Below the pieces are notes generated by a model. It made no database searches and was not told where the DNA came from. It worked only from the letters and a program-made list of their open reading frames with translations. The translations under genes were made by a program, and so were the position numbers. 64,000 nucleotides of DNA from Rhodothermales bacterium (lineage in GTDB: Bacteria > Bacteroidota > Rhodothermia > Rhodothermales > Bin80). The DNA is taken from NCBI GenBank assembly GCA_965207385.1, contig CBDBLZ010000020.1:288932-352931 (forward strand), written 5' to 3'. This document shows, one piece after another, positions 39,256 to 49,757 of this stretch (position 1 is the stretch's first letter; every line of letters starts with the position of its first letter).

Positions 39256-42200
39256 TCACGCGCGCTGGCTTGCCACGCGAGAAGGGCTGTTGGCGCGGAG
39301 GTAAACGGCCATCATGGCCGGCACGAGCACCACCAGGAGGGCGGTGGCAATCATTATGCCAATCCCCAGGGATGCCGCGAAGGGAACCAGGAACTGCGCT
39401 TGTATGGCCCGCTCAAGGATGAGAGGCGTGAAGCAGAGAAAAGTGGTTACCGAGGTCAGGAATATCGGCCGGAACCGCCCTTTTGCGCCGCTGATGATGG
39501 CCGTCTTCGGATCGGCACCTTCCCTGAGTCGCTGATCAATAAAATCCATCATGACCAGGGAGTCGTTTACAACCACGCCGCTTAGCCCAAAGAACCCCAG
39601 AAACGAAACGGCGCCGATGGCTACGCCCAGCACCAGATGCCCCAGAACCACGCCGATGAGCCCGAACGGCACTATGGCCATGATGATAAACGGCTTGAGA
39701 TACGACTTCAGTGGAATAGCCAGCAGCGCGAAAATTGCGAGCATGGCCAGAAGGAAGCCGCGATACAGGGCATCCAGCGAATCCAGCTGCTGTTGCTGTT
39801 CGCCGCCGAAGGAATAGGTGAGCTCCGGGTTGGTTGCCAGAAGCTGTGCCAGGATGGTGTTCTCCAGGATACCGTTCGCCTGTCCTCCGGAAATCACGGT
39901 CACGTCGACATCGGCGGTCACATTCACAACCCGCTGCCCGTCCTGGCGCCTGATGGAAGGTGGCGACGTGCCCATGGTCATGGACGCCGCCTGGCTTATC
40001 GGCACATCTCTTCCCTCCCTGGTACGAATCAGGTATCCCTCGACATCGGTTATCGCCTGGCGCTCTTCGCCGGGAAGCCGGGCATAGACCCGCACCTCCT
40101 CCCGGTCGCGCTGCAGCCTTGTCGCCTCCACGCCAAAGAACGCCGCCCGCACCTGTCGAGCCAATTCCTCTACCGTAATCCCCAGCGTCCGTGCCTCCGG
40201 TCGCAACTCCAGCTGGATCTCTCCCACTCCCGGCGCGTGGTCGGACCGGACGTCGAATACGCCGGCCACACTGCGAAGACCTTCAACGACCGAATCGGCG
40301 ATGGAGACCAGGCGCTCCGGATCCGGATGGGACAGCACGACCGCAACCGGGCTGCCCAAATCGATCACTTCACCGGTGAATTCGATTCCCCGCACGTAGG
40401 GGAGTACGCCGACCTCTTCCCGCCACTGTTGCACCACAGCGATCGTGGACAGATTCCGCTGCTGGGCCCCCAGCAACTTGAACTCGATGGTGGCAATATT
40501 GGACTCCGGATTCGCGGTAGGCTTCGGCTCAAGGCCACCCCCCTCAATGTGAGGCCGCTGACCGACCGTGACAAGCACGCCCCTCAGCAAGGACGGAGCA
40601 TCACCCGGCCTCTGCTGATCCAGGCGCTCCAGGACACGCCTTCCCGCCTGCTCAATCTCCGTGGCCACCTCGTGGGTCCGATCCGCAGGCGTGCCGTCCG
40701 GCATCTCCAGCGTCGCTGTAACGAAATCACCTTCCACCACGCCGGCGAACGATGTCGGAATGATCCCGGCCGGTACCAGGGAAAGGCTGAGCACGAAAAG
40801 ACCAATCACACCCACCACCGTGATGCCGGGGTAATCGACCGAGAATCGCAGCACTCGATCGAGCGGACCCTCCAGAAACCTGTTCAGCCATCGATCCACA
40901 GCTCCACGTGTGCGAGAGAGCAACCGGTCCAGGACGTTGGTCGGCTCCCAATCCGGCCCCGGCAAGTGGGCAAGGTGCCTTGGCAGAACAAAGAGTGATT
41001 CAACCAGCGAGATCAGCAGCATGCCGATGATTATGACCGGCAGCGCCTTCCATACCTCACCAATGCCCCCTGGTACGAAGAGCAAGGGCACGAATGCCGC
41101 CACGGAAGTAAGCACGGCAAACGTAAGGGCTTTCTTGATGCGCCGCGTGCCCCGGATCGCGGCCGCGATGCCGGGTAAGCCCCGCATGCGCTCCAGGTGG
41201 ATATGCTCTGAAACGACGATGGCATCGTCTACAATGATGCCGATCGCCAGCACAAACGCGAACAGCGATATCGTGTTGATTGCCAGGTCCATGGCCAGCA
41301 TGACGGCCAGCGCACCGATGCCCGAGGTAACAAGGCCTACGATAACCCATAGTGCAAGCCGAATCTCGAGAAACAGGGCCAGCGAAACGAACACCAGCAA
41401 GAGTCCCAGAAGACCACTACGGGCCAGGAGGTCCAGCCGCTCCGAATAGGTTTGGGAGTCGTCGTTCCAGATCGTAACGCCGACGCCCTCAGGCAGCGAC
41501 GGCGCAATCACCCCGGCTATGTGGTCGTGCACGGCGCGCGCGACATCCATCACCTGCTCCCCTTCACCGCGATATACCTCCACAAAGACCGCCGGCCGAC
41601 CCTGATGCCGAAGGATCAGGTCCGCATCCTGAAAGGCATCGCGCACACTGGCGATTTCACCGAGGCGGATAGCCGTGCCATCGGTCTGGGCAATGACCAC
41701 AATCTCCTCGAAGTCCAGCTGATCGTAGCTCTGGCCGATGGTTCGAACGCGGACTTCGGCACTGCGCGTCTCGATGCTACCGGCAGACAGGTCAAGCGAG
41801 CTGCGGCGGACCGCCTGCGCGACGTCCTCCAGGGTCAGTCCCAGAGCACGCAGCCGAGCAAGCGGCACTTCAATCGAGATCTCGTACGCCCTGGTACCGG
41901 TAGTTACGACCTGCGACACGCTGGGCAGTGATCCCAGTTCGTCTTCAATCTGGTAGGCCAGTTCCTTTAGGGAGCGCTCGGGGATGTCGCCATAGACTAT
42001 CAGGCGGATCATGCTGGTGCGGTTGTCCATCTCCCGGAACTGGGGACGCTCGGCCACACTGGGAAACGACTGGATGCGCGCTACCGCTGACTGTACCTCG
42101 TCCATGGCCTCGCTTATATCCGTGCCCGACTTCAGCTCAACCCGCACCGAAGCCAGTCCCGGCGCCGCAATGGACTTGACCGCCTTTACGTCTGCGAGCG

Positions 42201-42450
42201 CCTCAACCTGCTCCTCGATCTTGACTATGACCGACTCCTCCACCTCCTCGGGTACTGCACCCGGATACACGATTGAGATCTCTATGGTATTGAACGGAAC
42301 AACGGGCCATGACTGTCGCTCCAGCCCTCCCAATGCCACGAGGCCTGCGGCCAGTATGCCGAACATCAGCAGGTTGGCGGCCACGCGGTTGCTCGCCATG
42401 TAGGCAATGGGCCCGCCGGGCTCCCCGTGATGGGCGTCAGTTCGATTCAT
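39256..42450 (-). CDS. RND efflux transporter permease (AcrB/CzcA superfamily)
   Basis: An internal ATG at 42450 gives MNRTDAHHGEPGGPIAYMASNRVAANLLMFGILAAGL. The protein is about 1060 aa with the 12-TM, two-large-loop architecture, including IGIIVDDAIVVSEHI and GVVVNDSLVMMDFI. Confidence 0.92.
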   Translation of the reverse strand: MNRTDAHHGEPGGPIAYMASNRVAANLLMFGILAAGLVALGGLERQSWPVVPFNTIEISIVYPGAVPEEVEESVIVKIEEQVEALADVKAVKSIAAPGLASVRVELKSGTDISEAMDEVQSAVARIQSFPSVAERPQFREMDNRTSMIRLIVYGDIPERSLKELAYQIEDELGSLPSVSQVVTTGTRAYEISIEVPLARLRALGLTLEDVAQAVRRSSLDLSAGSIETRSAEVRVRTIGQSYDQLDFEEIVVIAQTDGTAIRLGEIASVRDAFQDADLILRHQGRPAVFVEVYRGEGEQVMDVARAVHDHIAGVIAPSLPEGVGVTIWNDDSQTYSERLDLLARSGLLGLLLVFVSLALFLEIRLALWVIVGLVTSGIGALAVMLAMDLAINTISLFAFVLAIGIIVDDAIVVSEHIHLERMRGLPGIAAAIRGTRRIKKALTFAVLTSVAAFVPLLFVPGGIGEVWKALPVIIIGMLLISLVESLFVLPRHLAHLPGPDWEPTNVLDRLLSRTRGAVDRWLNRFLEGPLDRVLRFSVDYPGITVVGVIGLFVLSLSLVPAGIIPTSFAGVVEGDFVTATLEMPDGTPADRTHEVATEIEQAGRRVLERLDQQRPGDAPSLLRGVLVTVGQRPHIEGGGLEPKPTANPESNIATIEFKLLGAQQRNLSTIAVVQQWREEVGVLPYVRGIEFTGEVIDLGSPVAVVLSHPDPERLVSIADSVVEGLRSVAGVFDVRSDHAPGVGEIQLELRPEARTLGITVEELARQVRAAFFGVEATRLQRDREEVRVYARLPGEERQAITDVEGYLIRTREGRDVPISQAASMTMGTSPPSIRRQDGQRVVNVTADVDVTVISGGQANGILENTILAQLLATNPELTYSFGGEQQQQLDSLDALYRGFLLAMLAIFALLAIPLKSYLKPFIIMAIVPFGLIGVVLGHLVLGVAIGAVSFLGFFGLSGVVVNDSLVMMDFIDQRLREGADPKTAIISGAKGRFRPIFLTSVTTFLCFTPLILERAIQAQFLVPFAASLGIGIMIATALLVVLVPAMMAVYLRANSPSRVASQRA

Positions 42451-42673
42451 CGCGCGCACGCTGTACTCTTTCGAATCCGCGCCGGCGATGCAAGAGCAGC
42501 ACGCCGGCATTGCGGACGGGCGTCGACGGCTCTCTCATTCGGAGTTGCCGTCCGGGGGCCGGCCGGATCAAACCCAAGTGGCCCTTCGGGCCCGGCCAGG
42601 GGACCGGCTCCGCCGCCGGTAGGCATGCGCCTTCTGCCAGAAGCTGCCGGGTGCACACAAGGGCGGCCCCGGC

Positions 42674-43897
42674 TCATGGTCCGCTACCGGATCCAGTCCG
42701 CACGGGCATGCCCTGAACGGCCACCTGAATCCCTCCGATAATGGCCTGTTCGCCTCCTTCCAGCGCACCCGTCAGGAAAGCTTCGTCGTCCGAGCGATGC
42801 AAGACGCGCACGGGAACAATGTGGACGGTGCCATTGCGCACAACCCATACTTCGTTTCCCGGCCGCAGCGCAGGCCGCCGTACCCTGAAGTAGGTATCGG
42901 AGGCAACTCCGTCAATCTCCACCTCCACGAACTTGCCTACAAGAAGGGGCGGGCCGCCCTGATCTGCGGCGGGGCTGCCGGCATCCGCATACACGGGCAC
43001 GCCCGGGCCAAACGGATTCGGCACTCGCACGACCACCTCTACGGTGCGTGTACGCTCGTCCAGTGCCGCTTCTGCCCTGTCCACGTAGCCTTGCCAACCG
43101 AACCGCGCATCGGCGTAGGTGGCCACCACGCGAGCCCCCAGGCTCCTGTCGGAGCCTCCCGCCTCCAGCTGCCACAGACCCGGGATGAGCGCCATGCCGG
43201 GATCCGTCAGCGACACCACTACTTCGACCTCATCGGAAGCGTACATCCGTCCCACGCTGCGGCCGGCCGCCACGAACTGGCCTACGGCAACGGATTCATC
43301 CAGCACGACACCCGCAAACGGGGCATGGACGCTGGTGCGCGCAAGCTGCAGCTCGGCTGCCGCAAGCGTAGCCTGGTCCCGGGCCAGCGCAGCTGTGGCG
43401 GCCTCCATTTGCGGCCCCCATAGCGCCAGAGGACCGGTATCTTCGCCGGTCTCACCGCCTTGTCGCAAGGCACTGAACCGATCATACTGGGAACGCGCAA
43501 TTCGCGCCTCCTCCGTAACCCGAAGCAGCTCGACCTCCTGATAGGCTACGCTTGCGCGCGCCTGCTCGACCCTTGTGCGATAGTCGGCGTCATCGATGCG
43601 AAAGAGCAGCTCGCCCGACCGCACCTTCCCTCCACTCTGGAATGCCTGAGCAACCCAAACTACCCTGCCCGCAACCTCGGCCGTGACATCTACCTCGGCC
43701 CGCGGGCGGACCGTGCCCGCTCCGTGCACGGTTATGGATCCCGTACCGGCAACCAGCGGGGCCGTCTCGGCAAACGGAACAGGCGACGGGGCGGGGCGCC
43801 GTGCAGGTTCGGGCCTTCGGGCAACCAGAACCACGGCCACAACTACGGATCCGATCAGGATGCCACCGCCGATGGCGAAGCGCTTAAGTCTGCTCAT
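42674..43897 (-). CDS. RND efflux periplasmic adaptor (membrane fusion protein, HlyD family)
   Basis: An internal ATG at 43897 gives MSRLKRFAIGGGILIGSVVVAVVLVA (anchor). A coiled-coil hairpin (YRTRVEQARASVAYQEVELLR...AAELQLARTSVHAPFAGVV) and beta-barrel segments follow. Confidence 0.85.
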   Translation of the reverse strand: MSRLKRFAIGGGILIGSVVVAVVLVARRPEPARRPAPSPVPFAETAPLVAGTGSITVHGAGTVRPRAEVDVTAEVAGRVVWVAQAFQSGGKVRSGELLFRIDDADYRTRVEQARASVAYQEVELLRVTEEARIARSQYDRFSALRQGGETGEDTGPLALWGPQMEAATAALARDQATLAAAELQLARTSVHAPFAGVVLDESVAVGQFVAAGRSVGRMYASDEVEVVVSLTDPGMALIPGLWQLEAGGSDRSLGARVVATYADARFGWQGYVDRAEAALDERTRTVEVVVRVPNPFGPGVPVYADAGSPAADQGGPPLLVGKFVEVEIDGVASDTYFRVRRPALRPGNEVWVVRNGTVHIVPVRVLHRSDDEAFLTGALEGGEQAIIGGIQVAVQGMPVRTGSGSGP

Positions 43898-44920
43898 ATG
43901 TTCCGCGATTGCGCGGCCTGCCTTTCGATTTGTCTGTGCTTGGGCTACATACCACCAGATCCCGCAAGCGGGCGCAAGACCGTAGGCACCGCGCCTTCTG
44001 TGCGACGATTCGAGGCAGCCGCCGCGCGCCATGAATGCATCTGTGGACCAGTCGCCGGCGCGACGCGCGTCAAGGGCCGTGTTTTGAATGTACGCATGCT
44101 CGCCGCGGTTCTAACGAATGCCGGTTTTGCCGGGGCGGGCTGTTGTGTGTACAGGGCCCTTGCGGGTCCGGGCATCGTCAACGGGCCAGGGATCGCCAAG
44201 AGAAGGGGGCTGGCCTTCCAGGCGGCAAATCGGCTCGGATGACGCAGCGAAACAGGTCCGGCCAACGTACGGCTTCCAGATCTGTCGCAGCACCATAGGG
44301 AATCATTCCCGGAGGCCTCGCTGGAGCCGCATCCGCGCGCTTCCATCCCAGGCGGGAGTATTTCGGCGCTGGAGTTCAGCAACGCGGGCGGGTATCCGAA
44401 GCTCATGGACAGTCTGTAGACCAGGGACAATTATCAAATCCCAGCCGCCTCGCGGGCCGGGCATCCCGAAGCGGAATATGGCAGTTAGACGGTGCATTCC
44501 GCAGCGGCATCCGCCCAGTTCGAACTAACGGCATGCAGTTTTCTCAATGCCCTAATATAATTGTAGCCCGGTCAGAATTGCATTCGCCGCCGCGACATCA
44601 GCAGGTAGTCTCCTGCATTCCCGCCTGTTCTCCCGAAGTCAAGGATCTGCGGGCCTGGGGGCATGATGCAATCATAAGATTTCGACGATATCCCTGTGCG
44701 AATCGCTGCTGACCGCGCCCAATCGCCTCTCGCAAGACCACGGCCTGGCAGGAGTGCCAGCCAGTGGCCCGGTTCATTCTCCGCTCCGCGGATACAGGGC
44801 CTGACTTAGCATGATATGTGTTTGCGCTGCGGCATAGTGGTGAGGGCACGTAGCGAGCCTATTGCTTCGCTGATTCCGCCTTCTGCACGATTGCCGAGCG
44901 TCTGCGTCGGCGATCCCGGC

Positions 44921-45982
44921 TTATCCGGGCTTGCGGGCCAGGAAGCAATAGAGCGGGGTGAATACTCCTGTCTTGCCGCCTGCGACATAGGCATCGGCTG
45001 TTCGATCCATCAGCCGGACGACCGCCGTGGAACCCCTCGGAAATACCTTGAATACCTCCGCCATCCGCAATCCGCCGATCATCGCCTTGCGGCCCAGTGG
45101 CGTCCTGCGAAACGCATTACGCAATGTCCCGCTTTGTCCCTCCATGGGCTGGTACCATGGCGTACCCGTGCCGTCCCGGGCTCCCCGGTCCAACGCTTCG
45201 ACAACCTGGAACCCGACAGCCTCCAGCGCGCGATTCACCTCCGCGAATGTGGCGATGCGATTCAGGGCGATTCCAAGCATGAGTTCATCCTTTACGGCCT
45301 GGTGATGGCTGTTGTCGGGATCAAACTTGTTCGTCATGCACATTTCCTGGCCCCAGAAAAGGGCTCCGGGCTTTAGTACGCGAAAAATCTCGGCAAACGC
45401 GCCTTGCTTGTCGGGCGCGTGGCATGTCGACTCGATCGCGTAACCCGCATCGCACGAGCTGTCCTCAAGGGTGCTCATGTCCATGAAGTTGCACTTCACG
45501 TATTCGGCCAGGCGGTCGAGTCCCGCCTCGACGTTCCGTCGCCTGGCTTTCTCCAGTTGCTGTTCGTTGTTGTTGACGCAAACAACGCTGGCACCGGACT
45601 CGCGAGCGACGCGCCGCATCGGACCGCCCACGCCGCAGCCCACATCAACGACCCGCATCCCCTCGCACAACTCCAGCTTTTCGATCATCAGGCGCTGATG
45701 GCGGATGATAGATTCCTCCAGCGTCTCTGCCGGCGTCAGTGGCGCGAAATGCAGCGACTCGTTCCACCCGTATTCCATGAACTCGCCACACAGATCGTAA
45801 TAATTGTTGACCGTGTCGGCGTGGTCGTAGGCACTGCCGTCGGCCCCGGCCCGCTTTTTGCTCTCGATCCAGTTGCCAAATCGTGCCACACGAGCCGTGA
45901 CATTCCAGCCCCTGTATGAATTCCACAGGGACTTGGACAGGTTGGACAGGTTGGACTGCTCCGTGCCGCGAGTATGTCTCAT
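44921..45982 (-). CDS. sterol C-24 methyltransferase family protein (ERG6/SMT-type, SAM-dependent, with Sterol_MT_C region)
   Basis: 353 aa that aligns by eye with yeast ERG6 along its full length: YYDLCGEFMEYGWNESLHFAP, VDVGCGVGGP, YAIESTCHAP, VLKPGALF, TPWYQP and a C-terminal VAGGKTGVFTPLYCFLARKP. Confidence 0.85.
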   Translation of the reverse strand: MRHTRGTEQSNLSNLSKSLWNSYRGWNVTARVARFGNWIESKKRAGADGSAYDHADTVNNYYDLCGEFMEYGWNESLHFAPLTPAETLEESIIRHQRLMIEKLELCEGMRVVDVGCGVGGPMRRVARESGASVVCVNNNEQQLEKARRRNVEAGLDRLAEYVKCNFMDMSTLEDSSCDAGYAIESTCHAPDKQGAFAEIFRVLKPGALFWGQEMCMTNKFDPDNSHHQAVKDELMLGIALNRIATFAEVNRALEAVGFQVVEALDRGARDGTGTPWYQPMEGQSGTLRNAFRRTPLGRKAMIGGLRMAEVFKVFPRGSTAVVRLMDRTADAYVAGGKTGVFTPLYCFLARKPG

Positions 45983-47069
45983 CGGTTTTTCAGACCTGCT
46001 TCAGATTCGGGACTGAGAACTAATTCTAAGCGATACGCACCACGAGGGTGAATAGAGGGGCCGACAACATCGCCAGCGCAGGCATGTTTGCAGCCGGGCC
46101 AGATTCAGTCGGTATCCGGCGCTGGGACGGGTTTGAGCTGGACTCAAGATACTGCTTCGCAGCACAGTCTGACAGGCCCTGCTGGAGCTTTGGCAGGTGC
46201 TCTGCGCACCGTTGAGCCCATAACCAGGGATCGGTCTCCCAGGTGGCCATCGCGACCCGCCGTCGAAGCTGGTCCTTTGCTTGATCCGGCGCGTTCTCTT
46301 TCCGAGGTAGCAATGGAGGTACCAGGTATCGTTGGTGGCTGCAGACGGCGTCCCATCCGGCCCGTTGCGTCCACTGGAGCCTTGCCTGCGGCAAGTGATA
46401 GCTGTGCAGCTCTTGCCTCCGTGCCGGCCGGCTCCGCGTGCGGCTCCCGCTGGACATTGGAATCCAGGCTGCACGACGGGTTCTGAGCCAGCCGGTTGAA
46501 GTTCTCCGGGATTTGGCATTACAGCAGACGACCGCAGGGGCTCGCCTCGCAGAGTCCCGGATCGAGCTGCGCAAGATCATCTGACAAATCCATGGGCGCT
46601 AATCGACGGCTCGCGCGAGAGGTTCAGAAAACCCCGAATCGATTACGATGCACTATCGCCGGATTTCAACTGAATCCGGCGCCACGCCGGCCTGGAATCC
46701 ACCCAGGAGATGAAGCGGGCATTCACTTACATGAAGGCGGCCAGAAGTACTTTCTCTCACACGTTGGTGCAGCGTAATCGTGACGCGAACTTATTGAAGA
46801 ACCAATTTTTACATTGCAGTGCCGCGCATTCCAAATAGCGGCTCAATGGCCTGGCGCAGCACTGAGAGTACTCTCGCGTGGAGAGGCCGCGACAGCGTAG
46901 GAACTGGGATGCTTCGTCGTTTCCGCATAATGCTGCCCACTTTCTCCGGGAAGAATCTGCCGCCACCTACCCCGGGACCTGGATCCGCACAGGATTGGTT
47001 GCAATGCTGCATCCAATCGTAAATCCACTACCTTGAACGGGTACGCAAATCATTCTCGGCCACCAGTCC

Positions 47070-48134
47070 ATGGAATCCAGCAACGATACTCCCTCCGCAG
47101 TTTCCGATTCGCGTTCCCGGCGCATGCCTCAATCGACGCTCCCTCCGTTTCCGGAGGGCTGGTATTTCGTAACCAGCCACAAGTCCTTGCTAAAGAAAAG
47201 AATCATCCAGAAGACCTGGATGGGAGAGAACATTGTCATCTGGTGCAACGACGAAGGTCGCGTTTGCGTGGCGGAGGCCACCTGTCCGCACATGGGTGCC
47301 GACTTGAGTCCTTCCTCGGGAGGTACGGTTCAGGACGGCTGCCTCGTCTGCCCTTTTCACGGCTTCGAATTCGATGTAAACGGAACCTGTGTTGCCACCC
47401 CATATGCTCCTGCACCAAAAGCCACGCGGCTTCGCGTGTTTGAGACCCGGCACGTCCTGGACATGGTATTCGCCTGGTGGGGAATCGGCGGACGTCCGCC
47501 ACAGTGGAGTCTTCCTGAGGATCCTGAGACTGGTGAAGAATGGACAGAACTGGGCTTTCGGACCCTCCGTTTTGCGGGACACCCCCAGGAAACGACCGAG
47601 AATTCCGTGGACCTGGCGCATCTCAGATACGTGCACGGATACGACAGCGTCAACAGGACCGATCCGTTGACCATTGATGGCGCGCACCTCAAGAGCAGCT
47701 TCCTGTTCACGCGTCCCCAGAGCATCGCCGGCATCAGGAAAATCGTGTTCGATGTCGCCGCATGCGCGCATATTCACGGGTTGGGGTATTCGTATGTGGA
47801 GATACACGATCGCTATATAGGCATGCACGCGCGGCTGTGGGTGCTGGCTACGCCTGTCGATGGCAAAGAAATCAACATGGTGCTGGCAAGCCAGGTCAAG
47901 CTGATTCGCCGCCCGCAGCGGGCCATCGTCGGAATGAAGTTTCTCCCCGTCAGGCTCCGGACCAATCTCATGCGCAACATCATCCTGAATTATCAAAAGC
48001 ATGACGTAGTCCAGGATGTGGTAATCTGGAAGTATAAGCGCTACGTGCCCCAGCCGAGACTGTGCCGATCTGACGGTGAAATAGGGCGATTCCGTCGCTA
48101 CTGCCGGCAGTTTTATCCGGAGCCCCCTGGCTGA
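47070..48134 (+). CDS. Rieske [2Fe-2S] non-heme-iron oxygenase, KshA/Neverland-like class
   Basis: The Rieske motif is CPHMGADLSPSSGGTVQDGCLVCPFHG. The mononuclear iron motif is ENSVDLAHLRYVHG (D-x2-H-x4-H). The C-terminus is DVVIWKYKRYVPQPRLCRSDGEIGRFRRYCRQFY. Confidence 0.82.
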   Translation: MESSNDTPSAVSDSRSRRMPQSTLPPFPEGWYFVTSHKSLLKKRIIQKTWMGENIVIWCNDEGRVCVAEATCPHMGADLSPSSGGTVQDGCLVCPFHGFEFDVNGTCVATPYAPAPKATRLRVFETRHVLDMVFAWWGIGGRPPQWSLPEDPETGEEWTELGFRTLRFAGHPQETTENSVDLAHLRYVHGYDSVNRTDPLTIDGAHLKSSFLFTRPQSIAGIRKIVFDVAACAHIHGLGYSYVEIHDRYIGMHARLWVLATPVDGKEINMVLASQVKLIRRPQRAIVGMKFLPVRLRTNLMRNIILNYQKHDVVQDVVIWKYKRYVPQPRLCRSDGEIGRFRRYCRQFYPEPPG

Positions 48135-48222
48135 GTAATAAGCTCGGCAGCCCTCGCGCGCCGGGCATCGCTCCGGGGACGGACCGACCGCCCTGTTGAG
48201 TTACACACTTGCGCAGGCGCCC

Positions 48223-49635
48223 ATGGCTAGAGCGGGATCCCAGAGCCCCGGCCAGGGAGTGAGGCCGCGTGCATCACGGCCCAGGAGGGTGGCCATTATC
48301 GGCGGCGGCGTATCGGGACTCGCCACGGCCTGGGCACTGGCTCGCCATCCGGACCGATTCGATTTTCGGCTGTACGAAGCCCAGCCTCGAGTTGGCGGCA
48401 ATGCTATTACCGCCGATATGCCGCAAGCCGACGGTACCCAGATACCGTTCGACGTTTCGGTGACCGCGTGCATCCCGTCGGTCTACCATCATATCCTTCT
48501 GTTCATGCAGCGCCACGGCATTGACCTGGTCGATACCAGGTTCAGCTATAGCGTACGGTACCGAGGCCAGATATACGCGCACGATCTCGACTCAGAGATC
48601 CGAAGGCAGCTGCAGCCGGAAATCGCAAGATTCCAGAAGCTCCTTCGCCGTCTCCAGTGGTTCGGGCGACTGAATCATACCCGGTCAACCCTGCTCAATG
48701 CGCTTAACCCGTTCAATTACCTCACCATGGGCACCGTGCTCAATCTGGGCAGGTTTTCGGGGGCCTTCCGGTACAAGGTGCTGAAGCCCATGTTCGTCAA
48801 CTTCCTTATGGCGACGAACGTCTTTGACATGCCGGCGTCCCTCTTTTGCCGGTACCTGGAGTTCTTTGACATCGAGCGCGCCACGCCGATGCAGACCTGG
48901 GATCGGGGCACGCGGCGCATATACGAAAAGATGACGGAGCCATTTCGGGACCGGATTTACCTGAGCCGACCCGTGCGCAGCGTACATCGAAGCAAGAGCG
49001 AGGTACTGGTCGAGGACGAAGAGGGAACGACCCAATCGTACGATGAAGTGGTATTTGCGTGCACGGCGAACCAGACGCTGATGATGCTGGACAGGCCGAC
49101 CTTCCTGGAGAGCTGGATCCTGTCGTCAGTGCGCTACGAGAGCGAGCTGCACAACCACGCAGTCGTGCATTCGGACGGCTCCATTGTGCCAGACAACGAG
49201 GCCAGGCCCCTGGCGACGCGAAGCACCTACATGGAGCAGTACGGCGTCCGGCCCGACAACTACGAGATCACTTACATCATGCACAACCAGCAGCCTTGGG
49301 CGGCCAGCTCGGACAGACCGTGCCTTGTAACCTATAACCCGAACCACACAATCGACGAGGACAAGATCATCCAGAAATGGTGGTTTCAGCACATCGTCCA
49401 CAATGTTCGCCACGTTGCGATACTTGTACCTCTGTTCCGCTATATCCAGGGCAAGAGGCGCTCGCGGCACTGCGGAGCCCACACGCTGATCAACAGCCAG
49501 GAGACCTGCTTCGTATCCGGCCTCGTAACGGCGCGGCAGATGGGAGCGGATTACCCGTTCAAGGATTCTGAAGCCCGAAAGTGGTTCAACTTCTATGGAC
49601 GCATGATGTACGGATTGCGCTTCAAGAGGGCTTGA
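48223..49635 (+). CDS. FAD/NAD(P)-binding oxidoreductase, amine-oxidase/CrtI-like fold
   Basis: The dinucleotide fold is RVAIIGGGVSGLATAWALA...LYEAQPRVGGN. An ATG at 48223 is chosen; the track ORF begins at TTG 48196. The substrate is unknown. Confidence 0.72.
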   Translation: MARAGSQSPGQGVRPRASRPRRVAIIGGGVSGLATAWALARHPDRFDFRLYEAQPRVGGNAITADMPQADGTQIPFDVSVTACIPSVYHHILLFMQRHGIDLVDTRFSYSVRYRGQIYAHDLDSEIRRQLQPEIARFQKLLRRLQWFGRLNHTRSTLLNALNPFNYLTMGTVLNLGRFSGAFRYKVLKPMFVNFLMATNVFDMPASLFCRYLEFFDIERATPMQTWDRGTRRIYEKMTEPFRDRIYLSRPVRSVHRSKSEVLVEDEEGTTQSYDEVVFACTANQTLMMLDRPTFLESWILSSVRYESELHNHAVVHSDGSIVPDNEARPLATRSTYMEQYGVRPDNYEITYIMHNQQPWAASSDRPCLVTYNPNHTIDEDKIIQKWWFQHIVHNVRHVAILVPLFRYIQGKRRSRHCGAHTLINSQETCFVSGLVTARQMGADYPFKDSEARKWFNFYGRMMYGLRFKRA

Positions 49636-49757
49636 ACCGTCGTCGCACAGGGGCGTAAAGAGGTAATAGCTGAGTAATGGCTCACTAGGGCTGTGACTCC
49701 CGTCGCCGTACAGCGCTTTTTCCGCGACGAATACGTTAGCCACAAGCCGAGGTTGAC

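Noticed and set aside
46001-46580. ORFs 46026..46580(-) and 46001..46519(-) in the SMT-Rieske spacer.
   Set aside because: These are two overlapping frames, both mostly Arg/Ser/Pro-rich. Only a short C-terminal stretch looks protein-like. I could not assign a family, so they are reported only as part of the spacer finding.
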